Assembly: GCA_016867415.1 (NCBI GenBank)
Contig: VGJO01000001.1
Span: 80,052-144,051, forward strand
Direction: 5' to 3'
DNA from: Candidatus Harrisonbacteria bacterium
GTDB taxonomy: Bacteria; Patescibacteriota; Minisyncoccia; UBA6257; UBA11618
DNA length: 64,000 nucleotides
Of the stretch, positions 18,880-28,139 are shown piece by piece (the stretch's first letter is position 1; the number at the start of each line of letters is the position of its first letter). Below the pieces are notes generated by a model. It was not told the DNA's origin. It did no database searches and saw nothing but the letters and a program-made list of their open reading frames with translations. Both the position numbers and the translations under genes were made by a program.

Positions 18880-19275
18880 ATGTTTGGTCGCCGTCGTTTT
18901 CGAGAGCGGTTTCAGTTTCCCTGTAGTCTTTTGAGGCGCATGAGAATGGCTAGTATAGCCATCATCCTCTGCATGCTTTCCTTGTTTCTTGTGGCTGATA
19001 CAGCTCAGGCTCAGTCCGGAATTTTCTTGTCTTGGGGATTGGGAAGTAGATGGGACAGTTACCATTTTCGCCCGCCCTATCAGGGTGACTATTGGCACTA
19101 CCATCCCCGTTGCTATTCCTACCCTATGCCATATCCATACTACTATGGAGGGCATTATCCTTCGTACCCGATCTTCAATGGTCCTTGGGGTACGCCCATC
19201 TACACCTTCCCTGCATATGGTTGGGGTTATGGTGGTGGGTATAGCTTTGGTGGTGGATACTACCGTTCCTGGTAA
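18880..19275 (+). CDS. secreted Tyr/Gly/Pro-rich low-complexity protein
   Basis: GGAGG 7 nt before ATG 18880. Arg-rich n-region then hydrophobic core and AQA cleavage-like site. Mature part YPYYYGGHYPSYP...GWGYGGGYSFGGGYY. Confidence 0.55.
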   Translation: MFGRRRFRERFQFPCSLLRRMRMASIAIILCMLSLFLVADTAQAQSGIFLSWGLGSRWDSYHFRPPYQGDYWHYHPRCYSYPMPYPYYYGGHYPSYPIFNGPWGTPIYTFPAYGWGYGGGYSFGGGYYRSW

Positions 19276-19321
19276 TGAAACTTTACTACCCGGCCCTTCT
19301 TCTCCATCTCTCCTTCTTTCA

Positions 19322-19356
19322 CATTCCCGCATCTTGAATGCGGGTTTCTCTTTATT
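19322..19356 (+). terminator. intrinsic terminator
   Basis: Stem cccgcat/atgcggg followed by a T-rich tract. Confidence 0.55.
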
Positions 19357-19444
19357 TATAAGGTACTGGATCCTGGATCAAAGGCCGGAAGATAAGATGT
19401 TAAATTAAGCAGAAACATGAGCAAAAGAATTCAAAGTATGAGTA

Positions 19445-20011
19445 CTAAAAAAGACTAGCCTTTACTTCAAAGCTTGGTAAGACTAACGGCACCCTCACAA
19501 TTTCATTCGTATATTTCTTCGGTATTGCCACATAGCCATTTTTTTTAATGAAATCATAAAGCATCTTCGTCACCTTCACGTCCTGCAGACAATATTCCTG
19601 AAGTTCTTTAAGCTTTCCCTCTTCCCAGTAACGAATAGCATCCAAGCCATGCCCCGTCTTCCCCACTCCCAGATTAGTCTGCGCCAAGATATCAAGCCCG
19701 ATCCGCGATCCATATGCCGCCTCGATCACTTCAAGAAGATCTAAGTTATTTAGCGCCATGATATTGAAGTTGAAATACTTCCGCATCACCGGCAGATCAA
19801 ACCGCTTGGTGGCAAAGCCTATCACCATTCCCGCGTTTTGAAAGATTGGTCCCAGTTGCGGAAAATCCTCCTCGAAGAAAGACAAATATTTATCTTGTTG
19901 GTACGAATACACACCCACAAAGCTTGTCTCTAATCGATCAATATTATGCGCTCCGCCTACATCCGCAAAGGTATTTTTCGTCTCAATATCAAACACAATG
20001 ACATCTTTCAT
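19445..20011 (-). CDS. DnaQ-like (DEDD) 3'-5' exonuclease superfamily protein
   Basis: VIVFDIET (Exo I motif) and YCLQDV (Exo III-like YxxxD) motifs. 188 aa. Confidence 0.5.
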   Translation of the reverse strand: MKDVIVFDIETKNTFADVGGAHNIDRLETSFVGVYSYQQDKYLSFFEEDFPQLGPIFQNAGMVIGFATKRFDLPVMRKYFNFNIMALNNLDLLEVIEAAYGSRIGLDILAQTNLGVGKTGHGLDAIRYWEEGKLKELQEYCLQDVKVTKMLYDFIKKNGYVAIPKKYTNEIVRVPLVLPSFEVKASLF

Positions 20012-20112
20012 ATAAGAAAATATCCCTCATAATACCTTACTTTTTTACAGAAAAGAAAAAGTGCAAATTTCCCTTATTTTATAGGCTTATTTGACAAGTT
20101 TTAATAGGCATA

Positions 20113-20141
20113 TTGACTTTAATTTATAAGTATGCTATAAT
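20113..20141 (+). promoter_or_regulatory. sigma70-type promoter (TTGACT-17-TATAAT)
   Basis: TTGACT at 20113-20118, 17-nt spacer, TATAAT at 20136-20141. About 90-nt leader with an aagcc/ggctt hairpin before the 20235 gene. Confidence 0.5.
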
Positions 20142-20234
20142 ATAAAATGAAAAGCCTGAATAAGGCTTGTGACCGAAACTTGAAAATCTTCTTATCCCCA
20201 GCCGATTCTCTCTCGGCGCATCAGAAAGGTAATC

Positions 20235-20957
20235 ATGGCCACATGGCAGAAATGGGTTTTTGGAATCTTGGCGGGAATCATTCTCCTGCCAGCGGTCCCG
20301 GAGATCATCAAAGGTCTTCGTGAGTCAATAATTCAAGGAGTGCGGGGTTCGACAGCGACGGTTAACACCGTCAACCAAGTCAATCCCCAGGGTCAAGTCA
20401 GTGTTTCTCAGCAACTGCCCAACGGAAGTTTCATCGACTTCCAAGGTCAAGTCTGGGGCCGAGTCAAAGATGACTCGGCTCCCGCTACCGGCAGTTCAGT
20501 GATCCATGTGGACGAGCACAACCATCACTACCATGTAGTGGACGGTGGTGCAGTCCAAGGTGGCGGTCAGCAAGTGGTGGAGCAATGTGTTACCCCTGCC
20601 GCTGTCTACTGCGAGCAGCCTGCCACGACACAGTGGTGCGCCAATCCAGCCACTGCCCGCGCCTCTGCGAGTTACAACAATAGCTTCAATCGCTATATAG
20701 ATCGCAGTCGCAACGCTCCGTTTATTGATCTTTCGGGCCTTATCAGCCTGAACGTCGCAAACGGTGGCGGTGGTTTCCTTGGTGGCGGTGGAGGTTACGG
20801 CTTTACGAGTGGTGGATACTGGGACAACTACTACGCGAGTGGTTCCAGTATTTGCGGTGGGGGATTATTTGGAGGCGGTGGTTACTACTACCCTCGCCCT
20901 CAACCTCGCCCTCAACCTCCGGTCTGCGCTCCACCCCAGCGCTACCGCAGCTACTAA
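20235..20957 (+). CDS. membrane-anchored/secreted protein with His-rich segment and Gly/Tyr/Pro-rich tail
   Basis: N-terminal TM, HVDEHNHHYH, GGGGFLGGGGGYG...YYYPRPQPRPQPP. GC-rich codon usage relative to neighbours. Confidence 0.55.
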   Translation: MATWQKWVFGILAGIILLPAVPEIIKGLRESIIQGVRGSTATVNTVNQVNPQGQVSVSQQLPNGSFIDFQGQVWGRVKDDSAPATGSSVIHVDEHNHHYHVVDGGAVQGGGQQVVEQCVTPAAVYCEQPATTQWCANPATARASASYNNSFNRYIDRSRNAPFIDLSGLISLNVANGGGGFLGGGGGYGFTSGGYWDNYYASGSSICGGGLFGGGGYYYPRPQPRPQPPVCAPPQRYRSY

Positions 20958-20986
20958 CCGGGCGCCGATTCACTTCGGCTTCCCTG

Positions 20987-21021
20987 ACCTCAGACAGCAC
21001 TCCGTCTGAGGTCTTTTTTTT
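20987..21021 (+). terminator. intrinsic terminator
   Basis: Stem acctcagac/gtctgaggt, 8-nt loop, followed by T8. Confidence 0.7.
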
Positions 21022-21133
21022 GTCTGCCGTTCTGCAATTACGAAGGAGGATTTTACCCCCGGCTTCACCTTTTCATATCTTTATGCGAAGGCAGGAGCCT
21101 TAGGTAAAAGAGACTTTTTATTTTTTAAAAAAT

Positions 21134-21162
21134 TTGACTTCAATTATTATATATGATAATAT
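21134..21162 (+). promoter_or_regulatory. sigma70-type promoter (TTGACT-17-TAATAT)
   Basis: TTGACT 21134-21139, 17-nt spacer, TAATAT 21157-21162. GAGG 6 nt before ATG 21242. Confidence 0.5.
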
Positions 21163-21241
21163 GTTGTAAATTTGGAGGATGTCCTCTAAACGCAAATTGA
21201 AAGATTAATCAAACAAAGCAAGCAAGAAAGTGAGGTCTCTC

Positions 21242-21931
21242 ATGCGATGCCTTCGATTTTTTTGTTTCGTGGCCCTAGCGCTTTGTGCGCTGGCTACCTC
21301 AGCAGAAGCTTCGCCCGGCTCTTCCGGCAGCGCGCCCAATCCACCTATGGAGCCCGGCGCCTCCGCCGCTTGCCCCGGCGGTGCCAAATGCCACGCCTGG
21401 CAGGAACGCTGCTTCAAGAAAAAGCGCGTTCCCGTCACCGTTACCACTGAAGTGGAAGTTGATGTCGAAGAGGTCATCATCCACAATCACAATGAGAAAG
21501 TCGTTGAAGTCATTAAGGAGGTGCCGGTCGAAAAGCGGATCTGCGTCCCGGTGGATCGGCCTGTGCCGGTCTATCGAGATCGAGTGCAGGTAGTGGAGAA
21601 GAGGGTCTGCGTTCCTGTCCCGGTGGACCGAATCGTCTATCGTGATCGGATTGTGTACCGGGATCGCCCTGTCTACGTTCCGTCCTGCATCGAGCACTGC
21701 CCACCGCCTCCAAATGGTGGTTGTTGTGTGCTCGGTTTCGGTAGTAGTGCACCTTCCATGCGAACGCGGCAACTCTCAATCATCGGGCCTCAAGCATCGG
21801 TGCAGGTCGGCGGGGGAGTCTTCGCGCGAGTGAAGGCGGCCCTGCCGATAATCAACTACCGAAGCGAGACTCATCGTGGCCCTCATCGCCCCTTGAGCTC
21901 TAGTGTGGGTGATCCGCTCTACCAGCCGTAA
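21242..21931 (+). CDS. secreted Cys-containing protein with VPVDRxVYRDR tandem peptide repeats
   Basis: Signal peptide MRCLRFFCFVALALCALATSAEA. Repeats VPVDRPVPVYRDR / VPVDRIVYRDRIVYRDRPVYVP. GC-rich. Confidence 0.55.
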   Translation: MRCLRFFCFVALALCALATSAEASPGSSGSAPNPPMEPGASAACPGGAKCHAWQERCFKKKRVPVTVTTEVEVDVEEVIIHNHNEKVVEVIKEVPVEKRICVPVDRPVPVYRDRVQVVEKRVCVPVPVDRIVYRDRIVYRDRPVYVPSCIEHCPPPPNGGCCVLGFGSSAPSMRTRQLSIIGPQASVQVGGGVFARVKAALPIINYRSETHRGPHRPLSSSVGDPLYQP

Positions 21932-21978
21932 AGACGGCAGAAGTCACCGCGTATGGCCCCCTCGCTGTGACGCCGTCT

Positions 21979-22013
21979 AGCTCCCGAGATTCTGAATCTC
22001 GGGAGCTTTTTTT
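21979..22013 (+). terminator. intrinsic terminator
   Basis: 12-bp stem agctcccgagat/atctcgggagct, 5-nt loop, T7. Confidence 0.75.
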
Positions 22014-22117
22014 ATCTCGCCGCAGCTTTTCATAAAAGTGAATCCAAACGTATTTCTGTACTTAATTACCAAAAAATGTTTTAATCCAAAAAAATAAAAA
22101 TTTTTATCGGTGACTTA

Positions 22118-22253
22118 CGCCACGAAAGCGCAGGATTTTTGAGAAGAGTTTGGATTTTCTTTGTGAGCAGCGAACGGAGCATACTAGAACTTGAGTATGT
22201 GAGTACGAGACGCAGCAAAAAAATCAAGATCTTCTAAAAAATACAAGCTTATT
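22118..22253 (+). repeat. copy of dispersed structured intergenic repeat, ending 4 nt before the cysteine desulfurase start
   Basis: cgccacgaaagcgcaggatttttgag...gaacggagcatactagaacttgagtatgtgagtacgag...caaaaaaatcaag...acaagctt. Confidence 0.6.
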
Positions 22254-22256
22254 AAT

Positions 22257-23489
22257 ATGGAAAAGAGAATCTATCTAGACTACGCCTCCTCCACCCCCCT
22301 CGACCCCCAAGTGTTGTCTGCCATGCAGCCTTATTTTTATAAGCTCTTCGGCAATCCCGGCTCTACCCACCGTGAAGGCCAAATCGCCTTCGCCGCCCTT
22401 GCTGAAGCACGCGAGATGATCTCTCTCGCTCTTGGCGCCGAGTGGAAAAACACCCTCTTTCTTCCCTCCGCGACCGAAGCCAATAATTTCATCCTCCGTG
22501 GCGCTCTATCGGTCTGGGGAAAGTCTCATCCTGGCATAATTCCCGAATATATCATTTCTCCCCTTGAGCACCCCTCGCTCATTGCTACTGCTAAGGATCT
22601 TGCGAGGGAAGGAAAAATTATTCTTCATTTTCTTAAAGTTACTGAAGCCGGTATTGTGGATTTTACCTCGCTCTCCCCCCTCCTTTCTCCTCGCACCTGC
22701 CTCATCGCTGTCCAAAGCGCCAACAGCGAGCTTGGTACCCTCCAGCCTATTCAAGAAATCGCCACTCTCATATCTTCTTATAAAGAATCTAAAAAAAATA
22801 ATAGTCATTCCGGACTTAGCACACCTCGCTCTAAGCGGGATCCGGAATCTATAAAAAATAATTCTTACCCGCTTTTTCACATCGACGCGGTCCAGTCTTT
22901 CCAATATTTCCCCATCACCCTTGCCGAATCCGGCGCGGATTCTATTATCATCTCTTCGCATAAGCTCTATGGTCCCAAAGGCGCTGCCGCGCTTTCTCTC
23001 AAAAATTCTTCTCTCTCCTCTCCTCTTCTTTTTGGCGACACTCGGGAATCCGGCCTTCGCTCCGGTACAGAAAATGTTCCATCTATAGTCGGTTTTGGTA
23101 AAGCCGTTGAACTTGCGGAAAAAAATCGGGCTAAGGAATCAAAAAGAATAAAAATTCTCCGAGATTTCCTTTGGGAAGGCCTTGCAAAAATCTATCCTCA
23201 TATAAAACTGAATGGAGACTTAGAACGCCGCCTGCCACATAATCTAAGCGTCTATTTTCCCGGCACCCCTTCAACCGATTTTATGATTGAGCTTGATATG
23301 CAAGGTATTGCCGTCTCCGCCGGCACTGCCTGCTCCGCTCGCGCTCTTACTCCGTCTCCTGTCCTTGAGATCCTTTATCCCGATTCCGACCGTCCCTATT
23401 CTTCCCTCCGCTTCACTCTTGGCCGACCAACCAAAAAATCCGACCTCGTAAGCGTCCTCAAAATCCTCAAAAACCGCAGGCCGAAATAA
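22257..23489 (+). CDS. cysteine desulfurase (class V aminotransferase, IscS/NifS family) with an internal low-complexity insertion
   Basis: N-terminal YLDYASSTP, SSHKLYGPKG (PLP-Lys), GTACSAR near the C-terminus. Confidence 0.8.
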   Translation: MEKRIYLDYASSTPLDPQVLSAMQPYFYKLFGNPGSTHREGQIAFAALAEAREMISLALGAEWKNTLFLPSATEANNFILRGALSVWGKSHPGIIPEYIISPLEHPSLIATAKDLAREGKIILHFLKVTEAGIVDFTSLSPLLSPRTCLIAVQSANSELGTLQPIQEIATLISSYKESKKNNSHSGLSTPRSKRDPESIKNNSYPLFHIDAVQSFQYFPITLAESGADSIIISSHKLYGPKGAAALSLKNSSLSSPLLFGDTRESGLRSGTENVPSIVGFGKAVELAEKNRAKESKRIKILRDFLWEGLAKIYPHIKLNGDLERRLPHNLSVYFPGTPSTDFMIELDMQGIAVSAGTACSARALTPSPVLEILYPDSDRPYSSLRFTLGRPTKKSDLVSVLKILKNRRPK

Positions 23490-23566
23490 TTTACTGTTTT
23501 TTTCTATTTGGCCGAAGGCCACGTGAGAAATTATGCAATCATAATTTATTTTGCGTCATAAAAAAT

Positions 23567-23590
23567 CCCCCACTCCGTACGGAGTGGGGG
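23567..23590 (-). terminator. hairpin with U-tract only on the minus strand
   Basis: Perfect palindrome cccccactccgtacggagtggggg. A-runs on the + strand on both sides, so the T-run follows it only when read on the minus strand. Confidence 0.4.
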
Positions 23591-24054
23591 AAAAAAGAAG
23601 TCAGAGAATAATAAGCCACTTTATCAAACATTATTATTTCTCTGGTCAAAGAAGAAAGCGCAGAAAAACCCTCCTAATTTTCACCTGATTCTCTTTCCAC
23701 GCTCAAAAAAGAAAGGTAAGGAAGAGGCGGAGTATTCTCTCACCCTTTGATATTTCCTTACCTTAATTTTAAAGAAGAGAGTGAAGAATTGTCCATTTTT
23801 TTCAATCCCAGCATCCTCCACTCTCAAATGCAAAGTTTTCAATGAATAACTATTATATACCATATAAATATATAGGAGTCAAAAAAATAAAAATCAATAA
23901 TGTTAATATATATGTATAAGCTAGATTTAAGAAGATTTTATTAAAAAATACTCGCTCTGCAAAAGCGCATAATTTTTGGACGAGTCTCCACTGGCAATTA
24001 GCTCTCTTAAACTAAAAAATAAAAGAATTAGTAAAAAAGAACTAAAATGAGCTA

Positions 24055-24170
24055 GATCAGCGAGGCTCCCCATTTCTTTTCGAGGAGCTACCGGAGCATA
24101 CTAAGGGAAGTCTGTAAGGAGATACCGCAGGAAAAAACGGGAAAATTCGCCAAAAAGACAAGCTTTTCAC
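24055..24170 (+). repeat. copy of dispersed structured intergenic repeat (5'-short)
   Basis: atttcttttcgaggagctaccggagcatactaagggaagtctgtaagg...ggaaaaaacgggaaaattcgccaaaaagacaagctt. Confidence 0.55.
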
Positions 24171-24442
24171 ATGAAGACAAAACCCACGCGCCCTTTTTTA
24201 TATTTCTAATATTTGAAGCCGAGATAAAAAATATACAGTTTGTAAAAATATAAATAATAAAGATCTAGTAATTCGTTTAAATGCAGAGAATGAAGTAAGA
24301 GAAAAGTTATTCTGCGAACCAGAAGCATCAATAAATACCAAGCCCTGTTACCCAACCCCGATTCGATTAACTAATCGAAAAAGAAAAGACAGAAAATCAT
24401 TTTCCCCTGTCTTTTCTTAAGTGATAAAACCAATTCCCTTCA

Positions 24443-24471
24443 TTGACTTTTGATATAAATTTTGCTAATGT
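24443..24471 (+). promoter_or_regulatory. sigma70-type promoter (TTGACT-17-TAATGT) upstream of clpB leader
   Basis: TTGACT 24443-24448, 17-nt spacer, TAATGT 24466-24471. The predicted transcript would carry the 24604-24723 repeat as a 5' leader. Confidence 0.45.
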
Positions 24472-24603
24472 ACATATACATTCAGACCTGAAAGTTTTTG
24501 AAGAAATGGACAAAAAAAGTAATACTAAATTAGTCTCTTAGAATTTTTCTTTTACATCTTATTTTACGTAAAAGCATAGGATATAAAGTCTTAGCACAAG
24601 CGT

Positions 24604-24723
24604 AAGCGAAGTAATTTTGGAGGGTATTTCGATTTTTCTTGAGAGTACGGGGCGGAGCATGCTAGGAAAGTCTGTGAGCACCGAACGGAACAAAAAATCG
24701 AAATGCACCCAAAAGTACGAGCG
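24604..24723 (+). repeat. copy of dispersed structured intergenic repeat, ending 10 nt before clpB ATG
   Basis: agcgaagtaattttggagggtatttcgattttt...ggagcatgctagg...caaaaaatcgaaatgcacccaaaagtacgagcg, with a compensatory tttcgattt/aaatcgaaa pair. Confidence 0.6.
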
Positions 24724-24733
24724 TAAAACACTA

Positions 24734-27391
24734 ATGAAACAGTTTAATAGGTTCACAATTAAAGCCCAAGAAGCCCTCCAAAATTCCCAAGACCTCGCCT
24801 CTCTTCGCAATCACGGCGAGTTTAAAGCCGTTCATCTTCTTCATAGTTTAATTCAGGATTCTCAATCCCTCGTTCAGCCAATGCTTGTGAAAGTCAGCGT
24901 TAATCTTGATCAACTTTTCGAAGAGCTTGAAGCTGAATTGGGTCGCATGCCCAAAATTTTTTCTGGTGGCAATACTGGCCAACTCTATCTCTCCCAAGAA
25001 ATTATTCAGATTCTCGATCGGGCCGGTAAAATCGCTCTCGCTCAAAAAGATGAGTTTGTGAGCTGCGAGCACCTTCTTTTGAGTATCCTCGATACCCGTT
25101 CGAGCGCGAAGGAAATCTTAGAGTCTTTCGGAGTGAAGCGCGATCCGCTTATTCGCGTTTTAGAAAAACTTCGCGGCTCTAATCGAGTCGTCGACGAGAC
25201 TCCTGAGAGTAAATTTCAGGTACTTGAAAAGTATGGCATCAATCTTACCGAGCGGGCCAAACAAGGAAAGCTTGATCCGGTCATCGGTCGCGACGATGAA
25301 GTTCGGCGCTTGATTCAAGTGCTTTCCCGCCGCACGAAAAATAATCCAGTCTTAATCGGCGAACCTGGTGTGGGAAAGACTGCGATAATCGAAGGCTTAG
25401 CCCAACGCATTATCTCCGGAGATGTTCCTGAAACACTTCGCGCGAAAGAAATTATTTCGCTGGATCTTGGCGCTCTTATTGCTGGCACGAAATTTCGCGG
25501 TGAATTTGAAGATCGGCTTAAGGCTTTTATGAAGGAGATTAAAAACAGCGATGGCCGCTTCATTCTTTTTATCGATGAGCTTCACATGATCGTCGGTGCC
25601 GGTGCCGCCGAAGGTGCCATCGACGCTTCCAATCTTTTAAAACCTTCTCTTGCTCGAGGTGAACTTCGCGCTATTGGTGCTACTACACTCCGGGAATATC
25701 AGAAACATATTGAAAAAGACCCTGCCCTGGAGCGCCGCTTCCAGCCTATCTTGGTAGAAGAGCCTTCTATTGAGGATGCGCTCGCTATTCTTCGTGGTCT
25801 TAAAGAAAAATATGAAATTCATCATGGTATTCGGATCAGTGATGAAGCCTTAGTTGCCTCGGTCAATCTTTCTGCTCGCTACATTACTGATCGTTTTCTC
25901 CCTGATAAGGCCGTAGATCTGATGGATGAAGCCGCTGCCGCTCGGCGTCTTGAATCCGAAAGTATTCCTCGTGAAATAGATCGCTTCCGTCGGGATATTA
26001 TGCGTCTCGAGATCGAGCAAAAAGCCTTGGAAAAAGAGCAGGAGGAAGTCTCCGGTACTGGTAAAGTAAAAGTAAAAAAGCGATTAGAAGAGATTAAGAG
26101 TGAGCTTTCCGCTCTTAAGGAAAAAAATGATGGCCTCTCTGCTAAGTGGCATAAGGAAAAGATCGCCTTTGAAAATCTTCACAAGCTTCGCCGGCGCGAG
26201 GATGATCTTCGCCGCGAAGCCGAAATTGCCGAACGTGATGGTAATCTCACTCGGGTCGCCGAGATCCTTTATGGCGAGCTTCCCGCCGCTCAAAAAGAAT
26301 ACAAAGATTTTGAAAAGAAATACTTCTCAAAAGGGAAGGCTACTAGTACCTCTGAAAAATTTCTCAAAGACGCTGTTGATGAGGAAGATGTGGCTGCGGT
26401 TGTTTCTCGTTGGACCGGAATCCCCGTTTCTCGCATGCTTGAGTCCGAAGCCGTTAAGCTCACTCGCCTTGAGGACGTCCTAAGTAAGCGCGTAGTGGGT
26501 CAGGAGACTGCTGTGACAGCCGTCGCTAATGCCCTCCGCCGGTCTCGAGCAGGCCTTGCTGATATGAGTCGTCCCCTTGGATCCTTTATGTTCTTAGGAC
26601 CTACCGGTGTTGGCAAGACGGAGCTTGCCAAAGCTTTGGCCGAATTCATGTTTAATGACGAAAAAGCCTTGATCCGCATTGATATGTCTGAATACATGGA
26701 GCGTCACGCCGTCTCTCGCCTTATTGGTTCGCCTCCTGGGTATGTTGGTCATGATGAAGGAGGGCAGCTCACTGAGATTATTCGTCATCGTCCCTATAGC
26801 ATCATTCTTTTCGATGAGATTGAGAAAGCTCATCCTGAAGTCTTTAATATTCTCTTGCAGGCTCTTGATAATGGCCGTCTCACCGACAGTAAGGGTAAGA
26901 CCGTCAATCTTAAAAACTGCGTAATTATTTTGACTAGCAACGTTGGGAGTCATCATTTTAAGGAGATTTCCCGCCTTGGCTTCAAGACCGAAGAAGGGGA
27001 AAATCTCGAAGCTAAGGAAAAAGATTTTCGTTCTCGCGTCATGGACGCTTTGAAGGATCAATTCCGTCCCGAGTTCTTAAATCGGCTCGACGAAATAATC
27101 ACCTTCAACGCCTTAAATCGCAATGTGATCGAAAAAATAGTTGAGATTCAACTCGAGAAGGTAAAAGAGCGGCTTGCCGAGCGAAGTATCCGGCTTAAGA
27201 TTGATGATTCTGCCAAAAAGTATATTGTCGAGCATGGTTTTGATCCTGATTATGGTGTCCGTCCGATTAAGCGCTTGATTCAAAAAGTGATTCTTGATCC
27301 GATGGCCGACAAGATTATAAAAGGCGAATTGAAAGACGGCGATGAAGCGAAGGTTAGCTTTAAGAAGTCCTTACTTACTGTTAGCGTGTAA
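24734..27391 (+). CDS. clpB: chaperone ClpB (AAA+ disaggregase)
   Basis: N-domain [15 protein letters not shown], two Walker A boxes ([16 protein letters not shown]), middle coiled-coil. The ORF-track start at 24617 is a read-through of the repeat. Confidence 0.88.
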   Translation: MKQFNRFTIKAQEALQNSQDLASLRNHGEFKAVHLLHSLIQDSQSLVQPMLVKVSVNLDQLFEELEAELGRMPKIFSGGNTGQLYLSQEIIQILDRAGKIALAQKDEFVSCEHLLLSILDTRSSAKEILESFGVKRDPLIRVLEKLRGSNRVVDETPESKFQVLEKYGINLTERAKQGKLDPVIGRDDEVRRLIQVLSRRTKNNPVLIGEPGVGKTAIIEGLAQRIISGDVPETLRAKEIISLDLGALIAGTKFRGEFEDRLKAFMKEIKNSDGRFILFIDELHMIVGAGAAEGAIDASNLLKPSLARGELRAIGATTLREYQKHIEKDPALERRFQPILVEEPSIEDALAILRGLKEKYEIHHGIRISDEALVASVNLSARYITDRFLPDKAVDLMDEAAAARRLESESIPREIDRFRRDIMRLEIEQKALEKEQEEVSGTGKVKVKKRLEEIKSELSALKEKNDGLSAKWHKEKIAFENLHKLRRREDDLRREAEIAERDGNLTRVAEILYGELPAAQKEYKDFEKKYFSKGKATSTSEKFLKDAVDEEDVAAVVSRWTGIPVSRMLESEAVKLTRLEDVLSKRVVGQETAVTAVANALRRSRAGLADMSRPLGSFMFLGPTGVGKTELAKALAEFMFNDEKALIRIDMSEYMERHAVSRLIGSPPGYVGHDEGGQLTEIIRHRPYSIILFDEIEKAHPEVFNILLQALDNGRLTDSKGKTVNLKNCVIILTSNVGSHHFKEISRLGFKTEEGENLEAKEKDFRSRVMDALKDQFRPEFLNRLDEIITFNALNRNVIEKIVEIQLEKVKERLAERSIRLKIDDSAKKYIVEHGFDPDYGVRPIKRLIQKVILDPMADKIIKGELKDGDEAKVSFKKSLLTVSV

Positions 27392-28073
27392 GGCAGTTAT
27401 TGTAGGAATTGGAGCGGGGAGTGCCTTTGGGGACTCCCTTTTCCTTAAGGCTATCTTTTTTTTATTCTCTGCTCTCTTTTTCTTTTTTCCTACTATCCAG
27501 ACTCTTCCTTACTTCTGGAGCTGGCTTTTTCTCCTCAATCTTGTTTTTTGGAACGGATCCTTGGGGCTTTCCAATATTTTCACTCCTTTTTCTTTTGGTG
27601 TTTTTTTCGCCATTCTCTCTTTCGTGCATCTCGGCAGTAAAGATCTTATTTTTATCCGGCATAAAGAGCTTCATGTCATCCTCTGTCTTTTCCTTGTTTT
27701 TCTCTCCTTGCTTTTCTTAATGAATATTACCTCTCCCGCTTTCTTCTTGGAAAAAATATTTCTTGTTTTTCTTTCTTCTTTCTTTCTTATCCGGGAGTTT
27801 CTCTATGGTTATATAAAAAATTCCCGTTCTCGCATCGTCGCCCTTGTCCTCTCCCTCCTTTTGAGTGAGCTCTCTCTTTTCATTTCTTGGCTCCCCCTCT
27901 CTCCGCTCCGCTCCGCTCTCCTTATCTTTACCCCTCTCCTTTTCTTCCTTTATCTTCTCATGAAAAGCGAACGAGGTGGCAATTCTTTGAAAACCATCTC
28001 TCTCTCCGCCGATTTCTTCTTTTTCTTCCTTGTCATCACAGGCATCCTCCTCTCCTCCTACATCTTCCAATAG
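27342..28073 (+). CDS. hypothetical Phe/Leu-rich polytopic membrane protein (start uncertain; overlaps clpB end)
   Basis: Long hydrophobic ORF. Only in-frame ATG lies 50 nt inside clpB. Low-complexity T-rich DNA, so could be spurious. Confidence 0.3.
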   Translation: MKRRLALRSPYLLLACKAVIVGIGAGSAFGDSLFLKAIFFLFSALFFFFPTIQTLPYFWSWLFLLNLVFWNGSLGLSNIFTPFSFGVFFAILSFVHLGSKDLIFIRHKELHVILCLFLVFLSLLFLMNITSPAFFLEKIFLVFLSSFFLIREFLYGYIKNSRSRIVALVLSLLLSELSLFISWLPLSPLRSALLIFTPLLFFLYLLMKSERGGNSLKTISLSADFFFFFLVITGILLSSYIFQ

Positions 28074-28139
28074 CTTCCAAATTCCTTATTAAAAAAGGCA
28101 TTTTAAAGATATTGACAAACGCAAAACGAGTCGACGGGA

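Noticed and set aside
18784-19332. 182-aa minus-strand ORF overlapping the Tyr/Gly-rich gene
   Set aside because: The + strand ORF has an RBS, a signal peptide and coherent repeats. The minus ORF has no features and is an antisense artefact of GC-rich sequence.
23681-23863. 60-aa minus-strand ORF in the clpB-upstream non-coding region
   Set aside because: It sits in AT-rich low-complexity sequence with no RBS, more likely part of a non-coding region. Noted only as a possible target of the minus-oriented terminator hairpin.
24585-24600. CIRCE (HrcA) element upstream of clpB
   Set aside because: Only a half site TTAGCAC is present. No inverted GAGTGCTAA partner at 9-nt spacing.
27717-28070. 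117-aa charged (E/K/R-rich) minus-strand ORF
   Set aside because: It is the antisense reading of the T-rich membrane-protein ORF and is low complexity. Both are weak; the + strand is preferred.
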